Below are positions 60,974 to 64,000 of a DNA stretch of 64,000 nucleotides, in pieces; position 1 is the first letter of the stretch, and every line of letters begins with the position of its first letter. Position numbers and translations under genes: made by a program. Below the pieces are notes generated by a model. It saw only the letters and a list, made by a program, of their open reading frames with translations. It was not told the origin of the DNA and did no database searches. The DNA lies in assembly GCF_037042905.1 (NCBI RefSeq), contig NC_087250.1:7380001-7444000 (forward strand). The letters are read 5' to 3'. The stretch is from Lytechinus pictus. Taxonomy: Eukaryota.

Positions 60974-61856
60974 TTAAGAGTGACTTTCATTTGTTGAGTG
61001 AATTACACCTTTTTTGTATGTAGTAAAAATTTGTAACCCTACCATTTGAGAAAAGCGCCCTCTAAACTCTCGAAAGGTCGGTCCAGTTTAACCGACCCTC
61101 TGCAAGTTTGGCTCATAAAATAAAAAAACTTCGGGTAAGTTGGTCCCAAACATTTTCATATTTGACAGATAAATCTGACAAAGCGTCAGGTATGAACTGG
61201 ACCTGACCTTGGTTGAATTTAGCCGGCCTTTTTCTCGAACTCTTGTTTATACACGATCATTGTCCGATTTAATGCGTTAACACGATGTGACGGCACAAGT
61301 CCTCTCACCGCACACCATCATAAGTGCACATATAAGCTATAAATGATTCAACGACCTTAGTCATGTTAGTCATTTAGTGTATTAATAAAATTATCATGTC
61401 GAAAATGTGTCTATAGGCCTGTGCATTTTGATGATTATTGTGGCACACACTTAAAATGCTGGGCAACATACTGTCCATTGTGTTGGGTAATGTATGTTGG
61501 TATAAAAGCTATACATATATATTCTCGGCAATTATGATCAAATTTATTACTCAATTATTAGTTTTTATTAACCAATTTGGGCAGATTTTAACCAATAGTT
61601 GTGTGGTCAGTATGTTGCCAAGGGTTGGTTAGAAGTTGGGCATTTTTTGCCCATCTATTTCAAGAGTGTATATAGGTTTATATTATCTATCTCGTATTGA
61701 GATTTTTTCATAAAAACTTAAACAAAAGACCAGTTTCGGAATATTTTTTTTCCTGATTGTTATTAGTTACTAAACAGTCCATTAGGCTGAAGGGATTGAG
61801 TAACTGATGAAGTTTGCAAATATCTGAGCTATTATAGGGCCCTATGTGCTATCAGG

Positions 61857-63020
61857 GTGGTGGTTGTGAGGATGATGTTGTTGCTGTTTTTGGTGGTGGT
61901 GGTGGTAGTAGAGTGGACTTTGGAAAATGAATCTGGTATTTATTCTGATGATAATAATTTTGTTGATGATGATGAATATGATTCTGGCGTTACAATGGTC
62001 ATGAAAGTGATTTTTATGACGAAGAGGCGGAGGATGGTGATGATGATGATGATGATGACGATGATGGGGATGATGATGAGGATGGTGACGATGATGGTGG
62101 TGGTGGTGAGGATGATGGGGATGATGATGATGATGGTGGTGGTGGTGGTGGTGGTGAGGATGATGGGGATGATGATGATTAGTGTGAGGATGATGATGGT
62201 GGTGGTAGTAGAGGGGAATTTGGAAAATGAATCTGGTATTTATTCTGATGATGATAGTAATTTTGTTGATGATGATGATTCTGGCGCTATGATGGTTATG
62301 ATAGTGAATTTAATGACGAAGAGGAGGAGGATGGTTATGAGGATGATGATGATGACGATGATTGGGATGATGAGGATGATGACGATGATGGTGGTGATGG
62401 CGAGGATGATGGTGATGATGGGGATGATGATGAGGAGGATGATGATGATGATGGTGGTGGTGGTAATAGAGGGGACTTTTGAAAATGAATCTGGAATTTA
62501 TACTGATGATGATGATAGTGATTTTGAGAATGATGATGAATATGATCCTGTCGTTAATGATCAGTGGTCATGATAGTGATTTTTATGACGAAGAGGAGGA
62601 GGATGGTGATGATGATGATGATAAGGATGAGGAGGATAATGATGATGAGGAGGAGGAGGAGAATGATGATGTTAGTGATGATGGTGGTGGTGGTGATGAT
62701 GATGATGATGATAGTGATTTTGATGATGATGATGAAGATGAATATGATCCTGGCGTTAATGATCGGTGGTCATGATAGTGATTGTTATGGCGAAGAGGAG
62801 GAGGATGGTGATAATGATGATAAGGATGAGGAAGATAATGATGATGGTGATGAGGAGGAGAATGATAATGGTAGTGATGGTCATGGTTATGATGATGACG
62901 ATGATGGGCATGAGGATGATGATGCTGGTGGTGATGGTGGTGAGGATGATGATGGTGATGGCGATGATAATGAGGATGATGATGATGCCTGATCTATAAT
63001 GATGATAATGATGATAATCG
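61857..63020. repeat. (GAT/GGT/GAG)n low-complexity tract with higher-order repeat
   Basis: Triplet runs are punctuated by recurring blocks gaaaatgaatctgg(t/a)attta (3 copies) and gaatatgat(t/c)ctg(g/t)cgtta (3 copies). Confidence 0.9.
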
Positions 63021-63408
63021 TAAATTTTCTAAAATTACCGTCTTGTCCGGGCAAACAACCCGTCGGGATATATCCACTGTGGATTATTTAAATCGTTTTC
63101 TCCCTCATTTTTTTGGAGTTTCTACGCCCATGCTCCAGGCTACCACCTCCCCTGCCCCCCCCCCCCCCCCCCCTGTTCCATTTATAAATCTCCAATGCTG
63201 AAAGCGTAGTTGCAAAGAAAAGACGAGGAGATGATACACCCATCAACTGGCCACGCCCACACAGACAATATTATTATTCTGGAGTACGAGTTCACTGTAG
63301 CCTCCGCATGCACATGTCCTGTGCATGTACGTGCATATGCTGCGCTGGTGATCGGGCTTGTTTACGGTGCCCGACCTGTACCCGGGGCTGTGCCTGATGA
63401 ATTCGAAA

Positions 63409-63432
63409 ATGAGGAGGACCAGACTACATAGG
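63409..63432 (+). other. Possible first coding micro-exon of a downstream gene (MRRTRLHR)
   Basis: GC-richer stretch, aaaATG, then agg|gtgaga donor, followed by a TAGATCTA-rich tract. No recognisable homology. Confidence 0.25.
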
Positions 63433-64000
63433 GTGAGAAAGGATCTACAGTCCGCTTTTTGTTAGTTTGTTCATTTAGAGGGGCTAGAGAATTAGTTAGG
63501 GACCTAATCCTAGATCACGTTTGATACTTTCTTTATATAGATCTAGACTAGATCTAGGCATAGATTCTAGATCTACGTTACGTCTAGGCTTGGCTTAGTT
63601 AGACTCTAACGTTAGAATAGATCTAACGTCATAGTGATATTAGGCTGCTCTAGGGCATGTAGGCCACAGTTTAATGTTATATCTAGGACCTAACAGTAAA
63701 GCGACGCCGTCAGTGGCAGTGCACAGTGTTTTACTTTTAGTGGTCCACGTTATTCTAACCTTAAGCCTAGATCTAGATAACTGTTAGCCAGTTAGGTCTA
63801 GTTATAGATACAGATCTAACTGTAACTTAGATCTAGGAATTCTAGAATTAGATCTAGATGTAGATTTAGACTCTACCAGATCTAGATTCTAGATCTAGAC
63901 TAAGTTTATATCTAGATTATAGTTCCCACCTTCTTGGCGCTATTTAAGTTAGATCTAACGTTAGATCTAGGCGGCAGGCCTACCTTTTAATAGATTTAAC

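Overview
AT-rich, repeat-dense animal genomic DNA. A marine deuterostome such as a sea urchin is my inference from the SINE/MITE content; the sequence does not prove it. Two Golgi glycan-modifying genes lie on the + strand. (1) A GT7-family beta-1,4-galactosyl/N-acetylgalactosaminyltransferase, which I rebuilt by hand from 8 in-phase exons (1444-34547; start codon not found). It has a 20.8-kb intron and Ile at the position equivalent to bovine B4GalT1 Tyr289, which predicts UDP-GalNAc use. (2) A galactose-3-O-sulfotransferase (Gal3ST-family) ORF at 56850-58049. The large intron holds a Tc1 (DD34E) transposon with perfect TIRs and a TA TSD, whose C-terminus appears frameshifted by an internal deletion. 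The rest is non-autonomous DNA transposons with diagnostic target duplications (TTAA, CWG, 2-, 5- and 8-bp), a Helentron/DINE-like element, tRNA-derived SINEs, LINE 3' fragments, mini/microsatellites and local duplications. Notable structures include a 171-bp MITE hit by three independent insertions and three decayed copies of an exon acceptor. I found no prokaryote-type system such as CRISPR or an operon. All family assignments come from motif recognition by eye, not from database searches.
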